From Cylindrospermopsis raciborskii Cr2010 (lineage in GTDB: Bacteria; Cyanobacteriota; Cyanobacteriia; Cyanobacteriales; Nostocaceae), in NCBI RefSeq assembly GCF_003367075.2, contig NZ_CP065936.1, positions 1,410,001 through 1,442,000 of the forward strand: a stretch of 32,000 nucleotides of DNA, read 5' to 3'. Below the pieces are notes generated by a model. The model was given only the letters and a program-made list of their open reading frames with translations, made no database searches and had not been told where the DNA came from. Positions within the stretch are counted from its first letter, which is position 1; every line of letters begins with the position of its first letter. Below, piece by piece: positions 1 to 8,015 of this stretch. Both the position numbers and the translations under genes were made by a program.

Positions 1-11
1 TGTCATCATCC

Positions 12-611
12 TTGAGCGATGAGCAGTACCGTCAGAAAATGCAGCGTCGTAAACAGATACAAGATCAACGTATAGCGGATGCCATTCCTCAAAAGGGGTT
101 AATTATAGTTAATACTGGTCATGGCAAGGGGAAAACCACTGCTGCTTTGGGTATGATAGTAAGAGCACTGGGACATGGATATAAAGTGGCAATTGTGCAA
201 TTTATTAAAGGTGCTTGGGAACCATCAGAAAAGCGGGTTTTTAGCTCCTGGTCCGATCAACTGGAATTTCATGCCATGGGTGAGGGTTTTACCTGGGAAA
301 CCCAAGACCGGGACAGGGACTTAGATAAGGCTAATGTTGCTTGGGAGAAGTCTTTAGAGTTTATTCGCCATCCTGAGTTTCACTTGGTTTTGTTAGACGA
401 AATTAATATTGCCCTAAAACTTGGTTATTTAAAGGTGGATCAAGTTTTAGCAGGTTTAGCTCAAAAACCCCCTGATAAGCACGTCATTTTAACTGGTCGG
501 GGCGCTCCACCAGCTTTAATTGAAAAAGCGGATTTAGTTACGGAAATGACTCTGATCAAACACCCATTTAAGGATCAAGGAGTTAAAGCTCAACCAGGAA
601 TTGAGTATTAG
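12..611 (+). CDS. cobO: Corrinoid (cob(I)yrinic acid a,c-diamide) adenosyltransferase, CobO/CobA/BtuR family
   Basis: 199-aa ORF. N-terminus MSDEQYRQ, P-loop GHGKGKTTAA, and the VQFIKG, LLDE and TGRG motifs match enterobacterial CobA/BtuR over the full length, from memory. The start is a TTG at 12 and the frame stays open to base 1, so the 5' end is slightly uncertain. Confidence 0.88.
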   Translation: MSDEQYRQKMQRRKQIQDQRIADAIPQKGLIIVNTGHGKGKTTAALGMIVRALGHGYKVAIVQFIKGAWEPSEKRVFSSWSDQLEFHAMGEGFTWETQDRDRDLDKANVAWEKSLEFIRHPEFHLVLLDEINIALKLGYLKVDQVLAGLAQKPPDKHVILTGRGAPPALIEKADLVTEMTLIKHPFKDQGVKAQPGIEY

Positions 612-642
612 TGGTGACAGAAATTCTAAATTTAGACCGTCT

Positions 643-674
643 CGTAGGTTGGGTTGAGGAACGAAACCCAACAA
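643..674 (+). repeat. Short dispersed hairpin element, family A (cgtaggttgggttgaggaacgaaacccaacaa)
   Basis: 32-nt sequence with an 8-bp stem (GTTGGGTT/AACCCAAC). Identical copies occur at 25044-25075, 25540-25571 and 25757-25788. It lies between the convergent cobO and dacB 3' ends. Confidence 0.85.
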
Positions 675-755
675 ATTATGATGATAATTAATTTTCCAGA
701 TCGCCCAACCTGCATTCCTGCATTATTTATAATTGCTGGTTTGGCGGTGTGTCAA

Positions 756-2279
756 CTAGCATTTGTGCAATTTTGCCAGTAAAATGATGATTTCATCCAT
801 TGCTTTCCTGACTGCTGATGGGTGTTGTGATTGATTAACTATCATGCTAAACACTAAATCATCATAATTGGGAACATTAATATATCCAGATAGAGAAATT
901 ACACCAGTCATGGAACCTGTTTTTCCTTGAACTATTCCCCAAGCAGGAGTTTTTAAAAACCGATTTTTTAGGGTACCATTCATACCACCGGTAGCTAGGG
1001 ATGCACGAAACAGATTGCCATCAGGTGATTTTGCCATCACCTGTAATATTTTTACCAATGCTTCTGGACTAATTAGGTTCTTGCGAGATAGTCCAGAACC
1101 ATCCACAATCATATAAGTATTAGGTTCTATTCCCCATTCACTCAGGGTAGTTTTTAGTATTTTTAAGCCTTGGTTTACAGTGGTTTCATTTTTGTTAGTT
1201 GATTCACTATTACCTAAATGTCTGAGTAAAGATTCGGCGTAGAGATTATTACTATTCCTATTCACTTCTTTGAGTAAATCTGGCAAGGTAAGGGATTCAA
1301 CGACAGCTATTTCTGGCTTTTGTTCAGCTATTTTATAGTGTTGGTATTCAAAAATAGGTTGAATTTCCTTAACGTTTATCCCTACTTTTTCCCAGGTCAA
1401 ACGCAAGTTTTTTAAGAAGTTATCTATGGGGTCAATAACTGATAACCCTATGGTTTGAGAAGGGGAATTAATAGGCAGTTTGCCATCAATCTTTAATACT
1501 TGACCTTTTAGATCTCTGGTGACTTGGAAAAATCTCGACTCATTTTCAGCAACAGTGATAGAATTATTTTCTATTCCACTATATAATTCCATATCGTTAG
1601 ACCAAGTAATGTTTAATTTTTCTCCTATCTTGTTGGGAGATAAAGTCAAAATTCCAGTATTTTCATTGACCATTAAACTATTGACTGGGGCACCATAATC
1701 AGCTTGTATATCTTCCCATTGCCAACTGGCATCAATGTATTCTCCTTGAAAGTAACTATCATCCACAATTAGCTTGTTAATTGACCGAATTCCCCGTTGC
1801 TGCAATTTCTGAGCTAGGGCGGTTAATTGGGCATTATTAAAACTGGGATCTCCTCTACCAACTAAATAAAAATTACCTTCATCTCCTTGATGAATTGAGG
1901 TACGAATGCGAAAGTCTTTGCCCAGTTTTTGCCATGCTGCTGCTGCAGTTAATATTTTGGTGGTAGATGCAGGAATAAAATACTTTTGGGCATCCCGACT
2001 GTAAAGAATTTGGTCAGATGATAGGTTTTTAATCAAAATTCCCCACCTCATTCTTTCAAATGTAGGAGAATTGATTATCTTCTCTATGGAAGATGGTATT
2101 TGAGATGCGCAAGTGTGCTTTAATTCTTCTTCAGTATCTAATCTGGGTGTTTGCCCTACTACAATCGGCTGTTTAATAATAGTGTTAATACTGATAATTA
2201 CAATTATTAGTATTATATAAGCAGTAATATGTCTACCAGTATGCTTAAACTTTTTTTGCTTTTTCTTCATTATAATCAA
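756..2279 (-). CDS. dacB: D-alanyl-D-alanine carboxypeptidase/endopeptidase, PBP4 (peptidase S13) family
   Basis: 507-aa ORF with an N-terminal membrane or signal segment, the SxxK active-site motif (ASTTK), DGSGLS and KTGS (KTG box). Length is typical of PBP4. Confidence 0.85.
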   Translation of the reverse strand: MIIMKKKQKKFKHTGRHITAYIILIIVIISINTIIKQPIVVGQTPRLDTEEELKHTCASQIPSSIEKIINSPTFERMRWGILIKNLSSDQILYSRDAQKYFIPASTTKILTAAAAWQKLGKDFRIRTSIHQGDEGNFYLVGRGDPSFNNAQLTALAQKLQQRGIRSINKLIVDDSYFQGEYIDASWQWEDIQADYGAPVNSLMVNENTGILTLSPNKIGEKLNITWSNDMELYSGIENNSITVAENESRFFQVTRDLKGQVLKIDGKLPINSPSQTIGLSVIDPIDNFLKNLRLTWEKVGINVKEIQPIFEYQHYKIAEQKPEIAVVESLTLPDLLKEVNRNSNNLYAESLLRHLGNSESTNKNETTVNQGLKILKTTLSEWGIEPNTYMIVDGSGLSRKNLISPEALVKILQVMAKSPDGNLFRASLATGGMNGTLKNRFLKTPAWGIVQGKTGSMTGVISLSGYINVPNYDDLVFSMIVNQSQHPSAVRKAMDEIIILLAKLHKC

Positions 2280-2343
2280 TTAACAATTAATTAAACAGAT
2301 GATGTTGAGTTTAATTCCTAAACCTAACCTACTTTCTTTGCTG

Positions 2344-3906
2344 CTACACGAAGAAAGCAGTGAGGTGTTTCCCCTGGTGATCAATCTCCCGTATATCGTA
2401 GGTTTTGTTACTGTTGAAGTTAAAAATGAGTATATATCCCTCATTTAGTCCGTAGGATTCCAGGTAGCTGCAAAGCTGCTCAATCCCATCCTGAAGACGC
2501 TTTTCACCGTACCAAATTTTCAGTTCAATCACGTAGCGCTGGTTTCTGTAGGTGACAACCAGATCCATCCTACGGTTTTCCGCGACCACATTTTCCTTGA
2601 ACATGTATCCATTACCGTTGATAATCGGACGGAAGAAAGACATGAGTAACATACGCCCGTTCTTCTCCAGGAAATCGTTGTCCCAAGAGGAATGATGCTC
2701 CCGCATAAACCACTGGAACCTTTCCAAAATCAAGCTGACCTGGAGCTTACCGTCGCTTATAAAGCTGCTATCTCGGTATCTATCAAGATGTTCATGGGCG
2801 GTTTCCCGTTTAGAAATAAAATAGCTGATAATTCTGAACTCGTAGATTTTGTTGGCGATGTCGCATCTACCTACTGAATTGTTCTTGATAATACCATAGG
2901 TCGCCCCCAGATCAATCAAGGGATTACCCCGGTCAAAGACTAAATCCTCCCCATCAATAGCTATTGCCCGAATTAACTGGGAAAAGTCGGGATTATTTTC
3001 AAGATTCTTGTACACATCATTAAAATTAGTGGTGGAGTAGGATACATCCACTAAATGCCTATAAGCATCCTCAATATCATTAACTGACCAAGGTCGCTGG
3101 TTCTGGTGCATCTCGTCAACCACCTGGCACATCTTGCTAACGAGGAAGGGATTGCCACTGGTATAATAAAACAGAAGGCGAGCCAAAACAGGGCAGTCCA
3201 TTTTAAATCCATGATCATTTGCGTATTCCGCGAGCATTGGCTCAATTTCCTCCTGGCTGAAGGTGAAGTCAATATCCACGTCCACAGCAATGTTCCAGGG
3301 GCTATTCAGTTTACGTTCTTCATCCCGATCGAGCTTCAACTTTAAGGTCTTCACATCGTGGACTCCGATCAGGACCACCGAGTGGAAGGTAGCATCCCTA
3401 CCTTGTGCTGTTGCTAGGTATTTATCCCGCAACATGGCTAGGAAACTGATGAATACCTGATTATTGCTGGCTTTGTCAATTTCGTCTAGGAGCAGGACAA
3501 TTTTTAGTCTGGATTCCCTAACCCAGTCACTGACAAATCTTGAAAGCTGTTTGAAGCTGTTGATTTGCCCGGACTTAACTTCAAGCCATTCAGCGAGTTC
3601 TGGATTGTTGAAGAACAAACCTTTGGCTAAAACTGCGGGGACTACCGATGCCATCTGCTCTTCGCTTTGGAATGGTAGGTCGCCAATACCCTCGAAACTG
3701 GTACTGATCACCAGATATTCTTCCACCCCCTGAAAACTTTTTTCCAGGAGATGCTGCATGGTGGTTTTTCCGTATTGCCTCGGAAAGTTAATGGCAAAAT
3801 ATTTACCACTTTCGATTAGATGGCGACATCTATTGAATTTAGTGGTTACGTCGCACATGTAGTGCTTTTTAGGTAAGCAAATACCTACTGTGTTGAACTC
3901 TTTCAT
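2344..3906 (-). CDS. AAA-ATPase-like protein with C-terminal PD-(D/E)xK nuclease-like domain (predicted AAA-ATPase / PDDEXK_9 architecture)
   Basis: 520-aa ORF. Walker A-like PRQYGKTT and Walker B-like IVLLLDEID. The C-terminal MDLVV...VIELKIWYGEK fits a D...ExK nuclease core. By eye it is more GC-rich than its neighbours, and five antisense ORFs of 60 aa or more overlap it. Confidence 0.75.
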   Translation of the reverse strand: MKEFNTVGICLPKKHYMCDVTTKFNRCRHLIESGKYFAINFPRQYGKTTMQHLLEKSFQGVEEYLVISTSFEGIGDLPFQSEEQMASVVPAVLAKGLFFNNPELAEWLEVKSGQINSFKQLSRFVSDWVRESRLKIVLLLDEIDKASNNQVFISFLAMLRDKYLATAQGRDATFHSVVLIGVHDVKTLKLKLDRDEERKLNSPWNIAVDVDIDFTFSQEEIEPMLAEYANDHGFKMDCPVLARLLFYYTSGNPFLVSKMCQVVDEMHQNQRPWSVNDIEDAYRHLVDVSYSTTNFNDVYKNLENNPDFSQLIRAIAIDGEDLVFDRGNPLIDLGATYGIIKNNSVGRCDIANKIYEFRIISYFISKRETAHEHLDRYRDSSFISDGKLQVSLILERFQWFMREHHSSWDNDFLEKNGRMLLMSFFRPIINGNGYMFKENVVAENRRMDLVVTYRNQRYVIELKIWYGEKRLQDGIEQLCSYLESYGLNEGYILIFNFNSNKTYDIREIDHQGKHLTAFFV

Positions 3907-4011
3907 CCTCCAACTTATTAGAGGTGTTAAAATATGATAGTCATTCTACCACTTTTCTTGACCAATGGCTAATTTTCTGCTAGATCATCGAGTACTATTC
4001 CTCTACTTAAT

Positions 4012-4851
4012 ATGAGTCACACCCGCAAAACACTGTCAATACCTAATATGGAAATTTCCTATTTGGAATGGAGTCAGGGTCATGAACCTTTACTACTACT
4101 CCACGGGATGGCTGATAATGCCCTGGTTTGGTTAAGTTTGGGCGATTATTTGTCCCCAAATTACCATGTTATAGCTCCCGATATGCGTGGTCATGGTAAC
4201 AGCAGTAAACCGGAAACAGATTATTCCTTTACAAGTGCGATCGCTGATTTGGAAGCCTTAATGAATAGTCTTGGTTGGTTGAGTGCTAATGTAGTTAGTC
4301 ACTCTTGGACAGGTAAACTAGCAGCTATTTGGGCTAGGCAAAATCCAGGGAGGTTAAAAACTATGACTTTAGTAGACCCGATTTTTATTTGGAAGATGCC
4401 TAGGGTACTTAAATTAATCTTTCCTTTGTTGTATAACGTATTACCATCTTTACAAACTATGGGTCCATTTAGCAGTTATGAAGCAGCTGAGGAGAAAATC
4501 AAAAAACTGGTTCACTTTCGAGAATGGAATGATTTGCAACAACAAGTTTTTCAAGGGGGAATAGAGCAAAAACCGGATGGCACGTGGGGTAGTAAATTTA
4601 CCGTGGCCGCTCGTGACGGAATTTTTGATGCAGTATTAGAAGTAGCTGGTTTTATTCACCCCGTGGAAATACCCACCCTGTTTGTTCAACCTGAAAAAGG
4701 AGTGAATCGCCAAGATTGGCAAATCAAACCTTATAAAGACAACCTTAAAAACCTCACCTGGAAAAAGATCCCAGGAACCCATTGGCCGTTTCTAAGTAAC
4801 CCAGAAGAATTTAATCTTACTATAGCTGAATTCTTAGCACAATCAATATAG
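4012..4851 (+). CDS. Alpha/beta-fold hydrolase
   Basis: 279-aa ORF. LLLLHG oxyanion region, nucleophile-elbow-like VSHSWTG, and a C-terminal GTHWP histidine region. Substrate unknown. Confidence 0.8.
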   Translation: MSHTRKTLSIPNMEISYLEWSQGHEPLLLLHGMADNALVWLSLGDYLSPNYHVIAPDMRGHGNSSKPETDYSFTSAIADLEALMNSLGWLSANVVSHSWTGKLAAIWARQNPGRLKTMTLVDPIFIWKMPRVLKLIFPLLYNVLPSLQTMGPFSSYEAAEEKIKKLVHFREWNDLQQQVFQGGIEQKPDGTWGSKFTVAARDGIFDAVLEVAGFIHPVEIPTLFVQPEKGVNRQDWQIKPYKDNLKNLTWKKIPGTHWPFLSNPEEFNLTIAEFLAQSI

Positions 4852-4902
4852 CTTGATTTAGTCTCATTCTATTTTAACTTATATTTAACTTGTATTTAAA
4901 CT

Positions 4903-6063
4903 ATGAGTCTTTGCATAAACCCTGTTTGTCCCCAACCAAAGCATCCAGATAACGATAGAAACTACTTTTGTCAAAGTTGTGGTTCCCCATTGGAATTATT
5001 AGGAACTTATCGGGTAGTACGTTTATTAAGTGATCACACTGGATTCAGTAAAGTTTATGAGGTCTATCAACAAGACATACTAAAAATACTTAAAGTGCTG
5101 AAACAACAAGTATCTAATGATGACGAAGCCAAAAAAGTATTTGAACAAGAAATGAGTGATCTAGGCCAATTGGAACAAAATGATATGGCACCAGAGTATT
5201 TTACCCATCAAACCAGCACAGGGATGACCCTTCACTGTATGGTTGTGGAAAAAAATGTGATGGGCGGTTTAAATACACAAATAGTCACAGAAACAAACAC
5301 CAAACAAAACCTGGGTCAAAATTCAGAAAAGCCATTGGCAAAACTACCACTAGTAGCATTACTTTGGGCATTACTTTGTTCATTGTTTTTGCTGTGGTTA
5401 GTAGCATTTACCAATAGGGATAATAGATTTGTGGTTTTTCCCTCCGACTATGGACAATTACCGATTAAAAAGGGGGAAGTAGACTACTTTGCATACGAAG
5501 AGGGTCAAGACAGTCAAGGTAGAGTAGCAGAATTCAATATAGCAGTTTTATCAGTAGAATATAAATGGCAGTTGGGTAGTACCTATCAGATTAAGTATAA
5601 TAATGAAACAATTAATCTTGAATCCTTAAAATCCAGATTACAAGAGGAAGGGATACAAACAATCATGGAAGATCCCAGTGAGATTATTTCCGTAGGGACA
5701 GCTTCCTGTGAAGGTGATATAAAATCGGAACAGAGTCGTGCTTTGGAAAGATCCAAGCAAATTCAGTTATTGGTGAAAAAACTCTTTAGTGATAGCTTGA
5801 GTGTTAAAGCCTATAGACTATTGAATCTTGGACAATTTCAAAGAAAAGATTGTCAGAGTGATCAAGATTTAACTGCATATCAAAGGAGCATTATTATTAT
5901 TGGGGTAAAGAAACAAGATGAGGGAGTTATTTTAGATGAGGCCTTGAGAGACAGACTAGAGAAAAAACCTTTTGCAGATTTTAAATTAGAGGATTATTCT
6001 TTGGGAGGGGTGGATATCTTTAAAACTATCTCTAGTAATTTGCAGTTGGGAGACGGTTTTTAA
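4903..6063 (+). CDS. Membrane protein: N-terminal 4-Cys zinc ribbon, degenerate protein-kinase N-lobe, one TM helix, uncharacterised C-terminal domain
   Basis: 386-aa ORF. Cysteine pattern C-x4-C-x13-C-x2-C (CINPVCPQ...FCQSCG), followed by YRVVRLL..GFSKVYEV...ILKVLK, which resembles kinase beta1-beta3. No HRD, DFG or APE motifs. Hydrophobic helix LPLVALLWALLCSLFLLWLVAF. Confidence 0.6.
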   Translation: MSLCINPVCPQPKHPDNDRNYFCQSCGSPLELLGTYRVVRLLSDHTGFSKVYEVYQQDILKILKVLKQQVSNDDEAKKVFEQEMSDLGQLEQNDMAPEYFTHQTSTGMTLHCMVVEKNVMGGLNTQIVTETNTKQNLGQNSEKPLAKLPLVALLWALLCSLFLLWLVAFTNRDNRFVVFPSDYGQLPIKKGEVDYFAYEEGQDSQGRVAEFNIAVLSVEYKWQLGSTYQIKYNNETINLESLKSRLQEEGIQTIMEDPSEIISVGTASCEGDIKSEQSRALERSKQIQLLVKKLFSDSLSVKAYRLLNLGQFQRKDCQSDQDLTAYQRSIIIIGVKKQDEGVILDEALRDRLEKKPFADFKLEDYSLGGVDIFKTISSNLQLGDGF

Positions 6064-6313
6064 AAACTGTAGATGGCAAATTATACCAATAGAGAATTTG
6101 TAGACAAAATTTATCTATCTAAAGAGAGACTGGTTTTGTATCCAATCAAGACTATATATTAAATAGCCCGATTACCCTACCGGACTTTAGCTCCAAACCT
6201 CCTCTTGCAATTTTAATTTGTTTCATAATTACATAATTAAAAGTTTCAAGAGGGGGCTTTATTCTGATTTTCTGGGCATTGCTATAGAGACTAAGTAGGG
6301 AGGCACAATTATT

Positions 6314-6408
6314 TGTAGGATGGGTCGAGTAACGAGACCCATGGGGGTGTTGGGTTTCATACTTCAACCCAACCTACGTTCATCTTATATTTAATTCCAT
6401 CCACCTAC
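6314..6408 (-). repeat. Composite hairpin element, family B (two inverted GTAGG-TGGGT hairpin modules plus a 30-nt tail)
   Basis: Sequence is tgtaggatgggtcgagtaacgagacccat-ggggg-tgttgggtttcatacttcaacccaacctacg-ttcatcttatatttaattccatccacctac. Homologous copies occur at 18185-18281 (same orientation) and 9370-9435 (opposite orientation, single module). It ends 3 nt from the stop codon of the gene at 6412-7284. Confidence 0.85.
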
Positions 6409-6411
6409 TGA

Positions 6412-7284
6412 TTAGGGATTACAATATGGACATAATCCAGGATCGGCAAAAAATTTACCATCGGGATATAACTTCTCTTCTATAAAATTACACTTTTGAC
6501 ATTGGTAAATTACTCCCATAGTTAATGAGGTAGGTTGACCACAACTTTCACATGGTAAACCTTGAGTTCTGTCGGTAATACTAAATCCAGGTGTACCACA
6601 TTGAGGACAACAACTGTAAATTTTTTCCACCAAATCCTGAGTAGCTTTTGCAATGTTGTTCATGCGGGTGGGATTATAAAGCGCTCGCATATCAGTCTCT
6701 ATATGTAAATTACCATGGGGAGAATTATTTAAGGCAAAATTTACAGATTCATATAGCTGTTCTTGAGTGGTGATACCTTTAATAATTTCAGTATCTTGCC
6801 CATTGGAAGATTCAAACCAAACCACTAAACCATGGTCAGGAAAACCAACTTTAGCAGCAAATTTTTGTGCTGCTTCAAAACTATTGATCACCAAATGATT
6901 AAAATTAGTCTCTGTGGAAAACACCTCTCCCACAATTTGTAAGTCATTTTGTTGATCTAAAAGTAATACAATTTCTCTATTGGCATAAATATAAGGAAAA
7001 TTAGGATGAGGCACAAAACTACCCTCACTTCCTATACCTATAGTTTCCCCAGTCATTTCCATTGCTTTTTTGGCTTTTAATTTAGCTGTGACTATTTGGG
7101 TATCTGGACGTTTTATATCTCTGGTAAACGTACCAAATTGATCGGTATTAAAGTTTGGGGGAACGACAACTTCTAGCCCCAGTTGCTTTTTTAATAATGG
7201 AGCAATGACATTTTCTTTATGGTGCATGGTTGCCAAAACGGCTACCCGATTGATAAATAAACTATTTAATAATTCTTGGGACAT
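6412..7284 (-). CDS. Conserved hypothetical protein with C-terminal double zinc ribbon (four CxxC pairs)
   Basis: 290-aa ORF with coding-like composition. C-terminus is CCPQCG...CESCG...CQKC...CPYCNP. I could not confidently assign the N-terminal ~220 aa to a family. It may be a cyanobacterial DUF, but that is unverified. Confidence 0.6.
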   Translation of the reverse strand: MSQELLNSLFINRVAVLATMHHKENVIAPLLKKQLGLEVVVPPNFNTDQFGTFTRDIKRPDTQIVTAKLKAKKAMEMTGETIGIGSEGSFVPHPNFPYIYANREIVLLLDQQNDLQIVGEVFSTETNFNHLVINSFEAAQKFAAKVGFPDHGLVVWFESSNGQDTEIIKGITTQEQLYESVNFALNNSPHGNLHIETDMRALYNPTRMNNIAKATQDLVEKIYSCCPQCGTPGFSITDRTQGLPCESCGQPTSLTMGVIYQCQKCNFIEEKLYPDGKFFADPGLCPYCNP

Positions 7285-7337
7285 ATTACTTTAGATGATT
7301 TCATTACTCCCCATTTCCCCCCTTTTTCTACCTCAGT

Positions 7338-7949
7338 CTAATTTTGGACTTGGGGAATCTGATCAGTTGGATTGTTTTGATTAACTTGATTCATTTGCAC
7401 TAGTAACTTTTCTTTATTTCGTCTGCGAATTTTGGCATATATCTGAATACTAGCAGCCATCAAAATCACTAATCCAAAAATTACCCAAGCAGTAATATCA
7501 GTGGGGAGATTATTTTTGAAAATAGCCAACATGACAATAATAACTAGTAGCAAAGTTGGTGCTTCATTTAAAGCTCTTAGTTGCTGTCCACTCCATTTGC
7601 ACTCATTTGCAGCCAACTGTTTCATCAATCTACCACAGTAATGATGATAAACTAATAAAATACCTACAAACCCCAACTTGAAATGCAACCAGGTTTCGTG
7701 AAATAGATCAAGATTGGTATAAAGAATGCCACCCGCCATAGCTAAGGTGACGATCATTCCGGGGATGGTGATGATATGATAAAGACGTTTTTCCATGATT
7801 TCATACTGATTTTTCAGTATGGTCTTAGCCGGTTCAGGTTCTTGATTGGCCTCAGCGTGGTAGATAAACAACCGTACTAGATAAAATAAACCAGCAAACC
7901 AGACTACAAACCCAACAATATGAAATGCTTTAAACCAATAATAAGCCAT
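7338..7949 (-). CDS. hemJ: Protoporphyrinogen IX oxidase, HemJ type
   Basis: 203-aa polytopic membrane protein. N-terminus MAYYWFKAFHIVGFVVWFAGLFYLVRLFIYHAEA closely matches the HemJ (Synechocystis slr1790-like) family, from memory. It has an extra Q/N-rich C-terminal tail. Confidence 0.85.
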   Translation of the reverse strand: MAYYWFKAFHIVGFVVWFAGLFYLVRLFIYHAEANQEPEPAKTILKNQYEIMEKRLYHIITIPGMIVTLAMAGGILYTNLDLFHETWLHFKLGFVGILLVYHHYCGRLMKQLAANECKWSGQQLRALNEAPTLLLVIIVMLAIFKNNLPTDITAWVIFGLVILMAASIQIYAKIRRRNKEKLLVQMNQVNQNNPTDQIPQVQN

Positions 7950-8015
7950 AAGTTCTCAATCACTCCGATTCAAGTTACAGACAATTGTAGATGATTGTAT
8001 AATTAGTCTACCTGA

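Noticed and set aside
2692-3733. Five ORFs (61-89 aa) antisense to, or out of frame within, the AAA-ATPase/PD-(D/E)xK gene
   Set aside because: They are fully nested in a 520-aa ORF that has clear motifs and have no motifs of their own. I use them only as an indicator of atypical composition.
6198-6256. CCTCCTCTTG ... CAAGAGGGGG inverted repeat (9 of 10 matching) followed by a T-rich stretch, downstream of the gene at 4903-6063
   Set aside because: The loop is about 39 nt, which is atypical for an intrinsic terminator, and the match is imperfect. It may be a weak structure, but I cannot support a call.
6152-6367. 71-aa ORF in the intergenic region after the 4-Cys protein gene
   Set aside because: Its 5' part is generated by the family B repeat element, and the rest is AT-rich, low-complexity sequence. 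It is most likely not coding.
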